Below are positions 40,201 through 46,231 of a DNA stretch of 60,803 nt, one piece after another. This stretch comes from a virus (taxonomy: Duplodnaviria > Caudoviricetes): positions 1 to 60,803 of the IMG/VR virus record IMGVR_UViG_3300020044_008671; one strand, given 5' to 3'. Numbering within the stretch: position 1 is the stretch's first letter; the number at the start of each line of letters is the position of its first letter. A model generated the notes under the pieces. The model was not told where the DNA came from. It made no database searches and was given only the letters and a program-made list of their open reading frames with translations. Position numbers and translations under genes: made by a program.

Positions 40201-43200
40201 GAGATAAACAACAAAAAGACAGGACTTCCACTAAGCCCTATCGATCACATCTTAAATAAAATTGAGGCAGCAGGATTTAGTACAGCAGAGATAACAGGGC
40301 GAACCAACAGATTAACGCAACAACAAAATGGGATGTTTGCTTTGTTGCCAAGAAAAAATAAAAACAGAAAGCAGAACGCAAGAGACTTTAATAACTATGT
40401 GCCTAACACGAAAAGGAACATTGTAAATGCCTTATTTATTAATCAAGCAGGAAGTACAGGAATAAGCTTACATTCAAGTAAGACAGTATCAGATCAACGA
40501 GAACGAACAATGATTGTTCTCCAAGCGCACCATGACATTAACGAAATGGTACAAGCTTTAGGTAGGGTATTTAGAACAGGGCAAGTAAATAACCCTAACT
40601 ATATATTTGTGTCAAGCGCACTTCCTGCCGAGTCTAGGCTGATGATGATGTTGAAAAGCAAAATACAAAAACTTAGTGCAACTACTACCTCAGATTCAAA
40701 AGATTCTACCGTTAAGGCAGAGGCGGACATTTTAAATATGTACGGAGATGGGATAGTAACAAGATATTTAGCAGACAATATATCGGACGATCCAAGTAGA
40801 CCAGGGGTAAATGAATTAATTGGAGATATATTAGATCTTAGGCTTCTTGTAATGATACAAGGACAAGAGGCTGTTCAGAACGAAGTAGAAAATCCTCAAG
40901 AAGATGCAGCAAGAACAGTGACAGGGCGGATAGCACTATTGCCTGCTGCTATGCAGAAAGATTTTTATGATACGGTTGTGAAAGATTATATTGAACTTAT
41001 TGACGATTTAGATAAGAAAGGCGAGAATAAGCTAAAATCACAAGCCCTTCCATTAAATGCTGTAACGGTGTCGAAGGAAGTATTTACGATTGGGCAAGGC
41101 GGCAGTTCAGTATTTGGGCAAGACTCTTTTCTTGAAATGGTAGAGGTAGACGTATTGAGGCAGCCATATTCTTCATTTAAAATTAAGGAGTTAATAAAAG
41201 AGCAGCTTGGCGAAGAAACAGCAGAGGAGCAGAAGGAGAGAATAGTGGCAGAGGCAATAGCTTACTATGATAACCAAGCATTGACATACAATCAACTGCA
41301 ACAAGAGAGAAAAGAACAAAAGATAGCAGAGGCTAGAGAAAAATATGAGGCTTTACCAAAAGAAGAGCTAAATGAACTACAACTAGAAGAGTTAAAAAAT
41401 CAATATGCTTTTATAGAGGCAGAAGCAGAGCAAAGAATGGGCGACAATATTGAGATAAATAGAGCTAAAGCCGAAAGAACAAAAAATATTATAACAACCT
41501 ATGTGCGTCAGTTTGCGCCTGGCAAACAAATGGTGGCTCCTGCAAATTCGGCTGATGGGACTACTACGGCAATTTCAATAGGGATAAATATAAACTACAA
41601 AGCAAAGAACCCATATACTTTATCAGGAATGAAAGTTCGTATAGCGTATGCTAATGCTATGCAATATCGCACTATTCCAATAAATAAGTCTAGGGAGTTA
41701 CAACCTATTATTGAGGCAACAGTTGCGTCAAGAACTCCGATGGATAGTTCTACTATATTAGAAAGATGGGACAATCTAAAGTCAAATAAAACAAGAGAAA
41801 AAGTTCCAATCATCACAGGAAATATATTACAAGCATACAAGGGAGATGTTTTAACATTAGGGAAGATCATTTCGTATAACACGTTGGATGGCAAAATAGA
41901 AAACGGCATATTGATGCCAGTAAATTTTGCCAAACCTACAACAACAAGTGTTCCTGCTAAACAGATGGCAGGCATCATTCAAAACCTAAACAAATATCAA
42001 ACTGTCTCAACAACGAACGGTGTAATATTTGAATGGGCAGATAAGGCAAAAACCGAACTAGAGATTTCTGTTCCTAGAAGCAAAAAGCAGGGGGGTATAT
42101 TTTTCTTAGATGAAGACATTAGAGACTTAGTAAATGGGCGTAACTTTAGATCAATGGGCAATCAAATGACTGCAAGTATGCCTGCATCTAACCTTCAGCC
42201 ATTGTTAAATATCCTTTCTGATAAACACAAGTCCGTTGTGGAAGTAAGGAATGAAGATCTGCCTGTTAGCCCTAACAATATGCGCAGTGGCAATGATATT
42301 GATAGCGCAAGAATAGGGCCTCCCGATGTTGACAGTAGAATGGAAGGAGACAAGCCATCTTTGCCTAATCGATCAAAGCTATTTGGGCAGATTGATGCAC
42401 TAAAGATCAATACAAAACGAGCGTATTCATTAGCACCTCCATTTGTATTTGCAATTGGCACATGGAACCTTGCTTTAGATATTCTTAAAGGAGCAATAAT
42501 CGCAGGTGATACTATCAACTTAGCTATCGACAAGACTGTTAGCTACCTTAGAGGACAAGCAGTAGCAAATGGATTAGCAATGAATGAGAGGGCAGTAACA
42601 GACTACCTTACATTACTTGCAAAGAAGCCTCATCTACTATTGAGCAATGCTGAGAAACGCATACTAAAGAGCAATGTAAAAAATCAGTTAATATTTCAAG
42701 AACTTAACTTGGAGCAGGCTGTATATGGAAGAATAATACAGACTCCAACATCTGCTGCAAGAAGAGGACTAACACGAGTGATGCCCGAGATGGCTATACT
42801 TGGAAAGGCGCAGAATGAAACTATCGCCAAAGGCACAGAAGCAATAGGCAGAGGAGTTCAGCAGCTTACACGCATGATGGGATCAAGTAAGTTTGCTCCA
42901 GTACGACTAGCAGCAAAGACATTGGCAGGAGTATTTAAAAATATCCAAAGAGACTTTGAGCATGTCAACAAAGCGGAAGAGATGTATGGCGCTATCGAAG
43001 GAAGGTCAATGTTAGATGCCGTTCAGTTGAGCAATATGCTTAAGTCAATGCTTGAAGGAGAAAGTCCAGATGCAATGCGCAGAATTGATGAGGTCCTTGA
43101 CCCTATATTTTACAGCAGAAACAAAACAAAGCAGCAGTTCTTTGATGAGTTAGACAACTTTTATCTATTGTCAACAGGGCAAACGATTAGTGGATCTTTC

Positions 43201-45552
43201 ACGCCTGCAGAAATGCAAGACTTGTATGACACTTATTTAGATCAAGGAGATGCAAGGTTTGACAATGTTATCACAAAAGTAGGCGACTTAACGCCATCTG
43301 AACTTGCCGTCTATGAGATGATACGCCAAGCGTATGACTTCATCCATGACATCAACTTTGTGATGGGTAACATCGAATATGAGACGTATATTCTTAACAA
43401 GGGCAACTACCATGCGAGAATGTATAACATATACGAGATGCCATCCGACATCAGCCAAGAGACGCAGCAGATTCAGAAGTACATGCAACTTGGTATGTAT
43501 AAAAAAAGAGGCGCACTTAACGAGTGGAAGTTGCAAGAGAAGATTGAAGATCCTATCCATGCAGTAACAAAAAGACTATATCAGACAAAACTCAATCTAG
43601 CAATCCACAATTATACAAGATGGGTAGTTACCAAAAGGCCTAACTTGGTAAGTAAAACTAAGAAGCCAGGGTATGTCTTGATGAAAGGAAGAGGGTATGG
43701 AGCATTTAACGGCAAGTTTGTAGCTAAAGATCTTGCGGAAGACTTTAAAGGATTCCACTTTAGTAATGAGATGATGCAGACTATATACCAATTTCCAAAG
43801 TATATAGGAGATCAGATGTATAAGTTCGCGCTTTTAAAACCATTGACAACAAGATGGTGGAAGAAAGTATTTACCGTATTTCAACCTGCAACACACATAG
43901 GTAACTATACAGGAAATGCCGTATTTGCTTCATGGATCGGAATAAGCCCATTACGTTTTAATACCAACTATTGGACAACAGCCCGACAAGAGATTAAGAA
44001 TAAGGGAGACCTATACTTATATATGATGTCCAAAGGAATGATAGGGACTGACATAGCATACGCAGAGTTGACAAGCAATCTAAACCAAGTAAAGGAAATA
44101 CTAGGCGAAGGACTACCGACAGCAGAAGAGTGGAAGAAGAATCCAATAGAGGCCTTTGATAATATGGCACAACATATCTACCACTCGACAGATAACATCT
44201 CTAAAGTGGCAGCTATGCAGAGTTTACTACAACTAGGATATAGCATAGACGTAGCTGCAGAAAAGGTAAAAGCAGGCTTCCAAAACAAATATAGAGTTGG
44301 AGGATTGTATAAGGTGTTCAGCGCAATACCATTGATAGGCCCTCCATTCGGGCAATTTGCAGGCGATCTTGTACGTATCATACGTAGCGGAGCGACAAAG
44401 ACTCCATTAACAGTAGGCGTTTATGTTTCTGCTATGCATGCATTGGCAGGATTGGCTCAGTATTGGGATGGAGAGGACGACAAGCGCAGAAAACTAAGAG
44501 AAGAAAGGCCAGGTGCGCCATCTATACCATTACCAGCATGGGCGATAGATAACTTAGGACTACCTGATTGGTTTAAATATATTCCTGTTATCAACTTCTT
44601 TACAGGCAACGTGCCGTTGAGTTATAAGATATTTGACGATCAAGAGCTAAACCTTGCTAGATTCTTAAGTCCTATGTATATCTACAACTCGTTGACAAGT
44701 GATGAGATTGACGACGCATTTAGAAAGTTGTCTCCATTGCCGATTGAAGCGATGCCTAAGACTGGAGATTCTTACAGAGACTTTGCTGTATGGAGTGCAA
44801 AAATGGTAAAACAGCCATTTATAGGACCGATAGTACAGTTATTTATAGACTCTGACTTTAGAGGACAGCATATTATAGACAGAGATCAAACTACCTTCCG
44901 ACAAAGTACCATGACAAAATCGGAAAGACAAGCTGCTGCTGCAGAGTTTTTACTTAGAAATAACGTTCCTTACGGAGCGTTAATGAACGACATATATCGC
45001 ATTAACCAAAGTGGACAAGACTATTATGGACGTACAAAGACTACAAACCAAGCAATATTGAGGTATTTTGGGTACAATGCGCAGATGTTTGATGAATCTC
45101 GCTACAAACAAGTTTCTCAAAAGGCAATTAATGCTAAGGTGTCTCAATTTAAACGATCACTAGATATGCTTAACCAATTGGTTGGAGACTACAAGAAAAC
45201 GCAAGAGTACGATAATCTACTAGACTATGTAAATAATACTAGAACATTTATCTTGGGTATCAACAAGTTACAAAAGGAAGGCAAAATAACGATAATGCAG
45301 CAGAGGGCTCTTTATCAATCATACATAAGAAAAGCTCCTGCAGGAAAGACAGGGTTACAAAAAATAAGCGACGAGGTATTTTTGACTAGATTAGTCAACA
45401 TACTTGATGAGCAGGCTAAAATAACGCAGGAGGCAAAAGTTGAAATAAAAAAGTCGAGAGGTGTATTGAAAAACGAGGAAATCAAATCTATCATCATAAA
45501 TAGCGAACTAGACAAATTTAATAAGATAAAAATGTTGCAATTCTTAAACTAA
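28249..45552 (+). CDS. Giant polyvalent DarB-like ejection protein, 5,767 aa, with ART-like, zincin-like, ParB-like, N6-adenine methyltransferase and strawberry-notch SF2 helicase regions
   Basis: MTase: QQYSTP, FEPSAGNGLL, ILTNPPFG. Helicase: DMAGIGKGR, ILDESH, LSAT, AGSTGISLHS, QALGRVFRTGQ. ParB-like: LSGHSRLEA. Zincin-like: TMEEAGHIW...EEALA. Confidence 0.9.
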   Translation: MAEIAEETPLAVQQNTNQALKSFHNAWKDDLKLPQDINEFKNGLSNEQGRMAFWKAWKDDISLPDFETFSSKLGFDKGTAQPIPPPPAVQEEMPMETTPTQQAIKPGMEGLAAFTNKQQKEQGRMYFDDKIKPLKINPNTEEDNKLIEATIKDAQYQAPTLKEQEKEEVSLEAYQERVAARYNKVALSIDVWILQNKTQVEEEIQEKKNADPAYISLRGSIEAKTIEYQQGLVQQAQQAIAGQQISKEQQAQISQEINKKTQEFKDAEFLKSKEAFDKISAPHIKDGEDKLKAQWDNYQREAMKPNTAIIPQKMLDNALKLVTSPQFDALGYEGKKTTIANFWKRQEAALEGKGLSFDKIEAIKDEYYYAVMPKVVVNEENQIAPFAIRSFAEDQIEVLTQQIAEAQKAVQVADAEQATSQRFSSKNDLVVPTVTSNRAADKAKENVYNLIQAKKHLENILELSDNEFAGFWAGFGAHGVRNKMPFLSSMLDISEAANLFTVVNKLDAGQPLNAGEKALLTAYSADQSMQSVARTTMAYKAGEGVAHSLPYMAEFVATSGVFTGTYSATKLALEGVLGSYAKKAMVQRAIVKPLAGLIAIEAQTAANPQAYIKATQERMLPSFQVAFGEKGEQMAAILDRNAVNQLTGYNTGHNEEFWTALVKGFGTTSVDFATERGGELIEKTFKWAAGKKNIQKFLTPDVIKRLSIGHYLEKMGLQPDAAIKKFIAEKMSYQSFPAELFEEFTAIAPSNLITGDAPMMTGIVNYDDTNKDFFDWKAIGQLTATVAATSALLGGAELAGTIASKAWQKTNPIKVTMRDRNGNAFKITIKHSTLAQIVKFNTMSKDELVKWRDEALPKIDEEGDARLWVTKYADQFIKQKSEQEEQNAKSRENLLGQLLPDFTGQKATFEQQEIFDILQARVETLLEEGLIPLPKNEEGNQNAQGNQPLSQEAGEQEDGTGKEGAKENEVGRYAAAIPTMQELEVDLPTRQLVGLRDKIKANPDNTEAIIQEEVDRLKAQQSDPVFKDQPDFLEAQQEKIAALENVVAKIQASTKVTPGQQNQIIINQDGKAEEKPLLEGVQNVGNEGQVGQESPELRTQEVNQAKERVDKFVSETLALSTTDQNLKSLLETDPRAALQDLIDFHTNQKRGKSDVSQKYHQRAIDRFTALQNDIDLINQNQQSEFKTISEFKVGDIVSDKTGVNYEVMSLNNKEAKLKNLSDTAMPGRIETYPIGTNARFKSISKKVLTPKNNQDENENGIQEGRNDGKENVSENVQGDGKEGGQEVDKQKEEKESLLNPSAQQDKNSSKTTTTEPMVIFKGNRGKLNPDGTKKTAHPGVEGVFGSTQLKAAQRYGEDISEFDIPIGTTIETVELEDKKTPVSKARKIETDLINNSDAQVVRLITIDATGREVQYIIKDKSLLGKRPTDEVTEADVVGKALIPRLNRGFLKVGAFILTNEKALRNKADDLMLQGEDLRFNMTMPNGDKKTIKIVSEDVVNGFYSPLERIINETKLEKLPAKQWLDKFGKGEEAKWTGLAEWLSQQQGSVSKADIQQYLKNNRISVVEVVKSENDKNPEYLKLVALVEELNSKEGNRVELTDELYINGDVGNFLSADGLTINMEEYDPKNFPNYTREEYEEQAKKAVEAQKIFNANQGTWEDNGGVSSVRYTDQQEQGEKENYKEVLVTLPSKRNKAKVVEKDGKWKIQNSDGSLSPVSFTAKSFAEKALKEYIEREQSGERTDKETFKSSHFDEPNILVHLRMNTRTDADGNKVLFLEEVQSDWGQIGKKEGFGETFVIKSRNGIPVGKEFSNRKDAEKYLKENFDFAKEGAYTVQSKNSTPAAPFVMDTNAWTKLGLKVALKEAVKQGADKIAWTTGEQQNERYNLSRIIKNIDAKIDGTAASDNSPIYKITSKYKSGEETIGSYRQDELEGVVGKELAEKIIKNKGGKYEGVDLQVGGKGMKGFYGSPTEGSLGIVGNVAKSLFKQEPKTVTIEVLGKVPDRTSVADIYEAGGMEEFKKKNVIKSTQHSIDITPELKAQVAQGLPLFHFGNDGEILGFAYDGKMYLNGEKLTAQTTMEEAGHIWINWSKQNRPDLYDAGLKKVASSKYLVQVSANPKYKAEALKVGKAGSKEYNDYLLEEALAKAIADQGALFVSQSKRDSFKEWVREMWKAVTKAFGIQGLSSEDIAKLTLEDFAKMAAADTLSKEKKAKPTQEIKPTLVAGEGMFPLKDINTDEVRFQNRDKAFSPESVARIVKNFDPNKMDAVVLWKDPKDGKTYMLSGHSRLEAHKQLGKGQIKSRFFTGTEAEAIEYARTSNVQGTRETNTERAAYYRAKRLAGATNAEIEAEAKELEGANAAKIISYSYLNPKGKVVAALQASEGADVASEKNIEAIANWIGSSRKQFSILTNAHEDEMYNWLVGEGVYGNIIKNKLVFTDRINAAIMKNTEFGTFNAEKPLNLNNKATKTSIELEYDQAVDEATKTLDAANKALAAKRTELVTRKATAEEIGRILKPFNDAVIVAQKTLVELKAKKGEVLAAAANQPSLFDEIQENIDNGNTNEEEVIITLSKPDEPIQEDDQASGGVTPKPSQEDNKTKIDSINVLAIKESVTNFGRLQVGDKFYIVKHKAFTPSWDGAILGVKTGPGKYKVGKNVFDIDDTDIVVLESDVIKTLTPTEFYTIANASTRAAGWGNALVAKEFPKEVQDFYWSVSDKMVSMWKPGQQYSIGQSKYEIGLITTDDNGHKVAQVTVIKAPTNYFGGSSIQQEGDVILNAVPTPKAQPTPPPSQENKPKELTIKAKGAKYEYRATDSTGNHLYISATGTKSTYPYLVVAKYGSQNFIVDIVDHWEFPDFGQYKIGANKPNLQPTPPPSQPNPKAKKRARREVEEDPELDQLLGDLSNLVRNSRKNTNVNFDPIQAAAIAAKGIQIVASYIRKGVYKFKDIIEELYDRIGDTVNDLYLSIKKAYFSYNAEAADEIASQMDNLSDIRNITLADIIPQEEEDEEIIEEEIDNEDPMSERDMQIATIAPFANKILSMFEDGFKWTSRTQYENIAKIYKITDPAIAKEGVEYAITLHVKNIVAQGKESGLSEKEIYDKIVDFYGQQPNMSLRTSESIENQQYSTPTPYSFAAAMFVGGTENTEGKQFFEPSAGNGLLVSAIPSAQVEVNEIDEVRNHTLTLQGFKFVGSQDATNSFNNKLKAFDGILTNPPFGPMETTMSYDGFKIRDKAHWMALKALETMADNGSAAIIVGGNSEYEASGYIANNKAFINYLNTRYNVIDIINVDGKLYSKQGTTFPTQIILIGGRKSEVGKLAFNMPIEKQAAVNNWDDLYSRVKIAQDERNILQSNLDAGRKDSLPPNGQMQPGTPPQEQNPTPIPPRGQSGGNGQITGGGMAGPRSGTNEGRNPRLPNPRPNSTNQQPEDISPIPGGIRSDGPSIEDASNQDEGETVNPSPITGIVGEDGFSKSTRYDVEEVFASKVDVPYLPVSTANGGGTRIPSTMALPLEAALLQIDQQFGGIDNYVANKLGYKTIADLHEVFLAEQIDGVALAIYNIDKGEAVIISDMAGIGKGRIAAGIIRYGVRIGKKPIFMTQKAALFSDMKRDLMDIKSGDLVPTIMSSNTEANIVVKDDNDNDVLMHKAPSLELAKRIYESGQMLPGTDFMFANYSYFNKAAEKAKRNFLKGLATDNILILDESHTAAGEKPARRQKNEDGTEKINLATFMRSVVEVSQGVTYLSATYAKTAKNMPIYALKTAIRDTGLSPDEITIAIESGGVPLLEVISRQLVQSGQLVRRQRSYDGIKFQYPVIGENNEAERDAQWKVADEITALYRKIISFQEEYVQPAIEAWDSELQPVGGGAGATQGTVKMGISNTPFANKLYNTTNQLLLASKADAVADIAIAELKADRKVVLFAMNTMESFMSDQDNLGQEMESPDFIEVTKKALSGIFRVTMTTMSGQKIDMILPLDRLTKEGQEEFRKLEEEINNKKTGLPLSPIDHILNKIEAAGFSTAEITGRTNRLTQQQNGMFALLPRKNKNRKQNARDFNNYVPNTKRNIVNALFINQAGSTGISLHSSKTVSDQRERTMIVLQAHHDINEMVQALGRVFRTGQVNNPNYIFVSSALPAESRLMMMLKSKIQKLSATTTSDSKDSTVKAEADILNMYGDGIVTRYLADNISDDPSRPGVNELIGDILDLRLLVMIQGQEAVQNEVENPQEDAARTVTGRIALLPAAMQKDFYDTVVKDYIELIDDLDKKGENKLKSQALPLNAVTVSKEVFTIGQGGSSVFGQDSFLEMVEVDVLRQPYSSFKIKELIKEQLGEETAEEQKERIVAEAIAYYDNQALTYNQLQQERKEQKIAEAREKYEALPKEELNELQLEELKNQYAFIEAEAEQRMGDNIEINRAKAERTKNIITTYVRQFAPGKQMVAPANSADGTTTAISIGININYKAKNPYTLSGMKVRIAYANAMQYRTIPINKSRELQPIIEATVASRTPMDSSTILERWDNLKSNKTREKVPIITGNILQAYKGDVLTLGKIISYNTLDGKIENGILMPVNFAKPTTTSVPAKQMAGIIQNLNKYQTVSTTNGVIFEWADKAKTELEISVPRSKKQGGIFFLDEDIRDLVNGRNFRSMGNQMTASMPASNLQPLLNILSDKHKSVVEVRNEDLPVSPNNMRSGNDIDSARIGPPDVDSRMEGDKPSLPNRSKLFGQIDALKINTKRAYSLAPPFVFAIGTWNLALDILKGAIIAGDTINLAIDKTVSYLRGQAVANGLAMNERAVTDYLTLLAKKPHLLLSNAEKRILKSNVKNQLIFQELNLEQAVYGRIIQTPTSAARRGLTRVMPEMAILGKAQNETIAKGTEAIGRGVQQLTRMMGSSKFAPVRLAAKTLAGVFKNIQRDFEHVNKAEEMYGAIEGRSMLDAVQLSNMLKSMLEGESPDAMRRIDEVLDPIFYSRNKTKQQFFDELDNFYLLSTGQTISGSFTPAEMQDLYDTYLDQGDARFDNVITKVGDLTPSELAVYEMIRQAYDFIHDINFVMGNIEYETYILNKGNYHARMYNIYEMPSDISQETQQIQKYMQLGMYKKRGALNEWKLQEKIEDPIHAVTKRLYQTKLNLAIHNYTRWVVTKRPNLVSKTKKPGYVLMKGRGYGAFNGKFVAKDLAEDFKGFHFSNEMMQTIYQFPKYIGDQMYKFALLKPLTTRWWKKVFTVFQPATHIGNYTGNAVFASWIGISPLRFNTNYWTTARQEIKNKGDLYLYMMSKGMIGTDIAYAELTSNLNQVKEILGEGLPTAEEWKKNPIEAFDNMAQHIYHSTDNISKVAAMQSLLQLGYSIDVAAEKVKAGFQNKYRVGGLYKVFSAIPLIGPPFGQFAGDLVRIIRSGATKTPLTVGVYVSAMHALAGLAQYWDGEDDKRRKLREERPGAPSIPLPAWAIDNLGLPDWFKYIPVINFFTGNVPLSYKIFDDQELNLARFLSPMYIYNSLTSDEIDDAFRKLSPLPIEAMPKTGDSYRDFAVWSAKMVKQPFIGPIVQLFIDSDFRGQHIIDRDQTTFRQSTMTKSERQAAAAEFLLRNNVPYGALMNDIYRINQSGQDYYGRTKTTNQAILRYFGYNAQMFDESRYKQVSQKAINAKVSQFKRSLDMLNQLVGDYKKTQEYDNLLDYVNNTRTFILGINKLQKEGKITIMQQRALYQSYIRKAPAGKTGLQKISDEVFLTRLVNILDEQAKITQEAKVEIKKSRGVLKNEEIKSIIINSELDKFNKIKMLQFLN
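31055..31159 (+). CDS. Nested +1-frame basic peptide, 34 aa: MKKETKTHKATNPYHKKQGNKKMEPAKKGPKKMK
   Basis: Manual translation; ATG after an A-run; covers a linker of the giant protein. Confidence 0.55.
   Translation: MKKETKTHKATNPYHKKQGNKKMEPAKKGPKKMK
31454..31576 (+). CDS. Nested +1-frame peptide, 40 aa: MEKQKKNPCWKGYKMLGMKDKSGKKVPNCVPKKSTKQKKG
   Basis: Manual translation; carries the CWxGY...GMK...GKxVPNCVP phage motif; A-rich leader aataataataaaccaagATG. Confidence 0.85.
   Translation: MEKQKKNPCWKGYKMLGMKDKSGKKVPNCVPKKSTKQKKG
32012..32143 (+). CDS. Nested +1-frame Lys/Met-rich peptide, 43 aa: MKMKMESKKEEMMEKKMSPKMYKAMEKKEGKKSTSKKKKKKAC
   Basis: Manual translation; leader taaaaataatcaagATG; covers a linker. 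Confidence 0.7.
   Translation: MKMKMESKKEEMMEKKMSPKMYKAMEKKEGKKSTSKKKKKKAC
35921..36049 (+). CDS. Nested +1-frame basic peptide, 42 aa: METPMKKKSSLPYQSPMSQYKKMIRLVEALRQNHPKKTIKQK
   Basis: Manual translation; leader aagaaaacatagacaATG; linker after the ParB/coiled-coil region. Confidence 0.6.
   Translation: METPMKKKSSLPYQSPMSQYKKMIRLVEALRQNHPKKTIKQK
36595..36873 (+). repeat. 24-bp direct repeats (36595-36618 and 36850-36873) flanking a small domain
   Basis: caacctacacctcc(c/g)ccaagccaa, 23 of 24 identical, both encoding QPTPPPSQ. Confidence 0.85.
38273..38671 (+). CDS. Nested +1-frame 132-aa protein over the MTase-helicase linker
   Basis: Present in the ORF track; amphipathic helical composition; leader aaaaatagcacaagATG; ends match the P/G/N/Q-rich linker. 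Confidence 0.7.
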   Translation: MKEIFYNPTWMPDERTACLLMVKCSREHRPKNKTQLQYLLEDRVEEMVKLQEEEWPGHAVGQMKAEILDSQIHDQIPRTNNPKILAQFLVEYGPMGQALRMPVTKTKAKRLTQAQLQELWERMDFQNLLDMM

Positions 45553-45580
45553 CGGACAAAAGGAGTAAACAGAAAATTTA

Positions 45581-45588
45581 TATATTTG
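45581..45588 (+). promoter_or_regulatory. -7 promoter element TATATTTG
   Basis: Intergenic TAnnTTTG before 45596. Confidence 0.65.
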
Positions 45589-45595
45589 AACCATC

Positions 45596-46228
45596 ATGGC
45601 ACTAAGCTTTATAGCACAATACAAAGAATACCCGGACTATTCAAAATTAACAATTGAGGATAAGACTGGCGTTTATAATGTAACTACCAATCCAACAGGT
45701 TGGGGATTACCTAACCTACGGATTTCAGATGTGCTGACCTGCTCTGCCGAAATAACTAAGCCTGATCTAACAACGTTGCTTCCTTCTTCTGATCCTTTGA
45801 TGAAGGTAACAAAGAATGTTTACTATGGATTTGCAGGAGGCGTGTTACCAAACATTACAAGCGAGTTGCAAAGTGTTACTGCATTAGAGTTAGGATATGC
45901 GGATGAAAAGCTAGTATCGGGAATATACTCTATACGCACGTACGGGGCAGGAAATCCAGCCTTACCCGGAACGTCATTTACTTACACAGGGTACTTTTTA
46001 TCATTAGGAAAAGCTGTTTGCTGTATTGACAAGTTGCTTTTAAGTTCAAACATAAAAGATTGTTGTGGATGCTTTAAAAAAGAAGATGCAAGCTCAAGAG
46101 CAAGACTAGGTAAAATGTATATATGGGGTGCTATTGCAGCCTTTAACAATGGACTAAACCAAGAGAGTGCTGCCTATATTAAAAGAGTAAATGAAATTTG
46201 TGCTAACTGTATTCCTTGCGGATGTTAA
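45596..46228 (+). CDS. Structural protein with Cys-rich C-terminus (tail hub/fibre-associated)
   Basis: D.TG.YN...NPTGWG.PN motif; CCIDK...DCCGC...CANCIPCGC. Confidence 0.6.
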   Translation: MALSFIAQYKEYPDYSKLTIEDKTGVYNVTTNPTGWGLPNLRISDVLTCSAEITKPDLTTLLPSSDPLMKVTKNVYYGFAGGVLPNITSELQSVTALELGYADEKLVSGIYSIRTYGAGNPALPGTSFTYTGYFLSLGKAVCCIDKLLLSSNIKDCCGCFKKEDASSRARLGKMYIWGAIAAFNNGLNQESAAYIKRVNEICANCIPCGC

Positions 46229-46231
46229 GCC

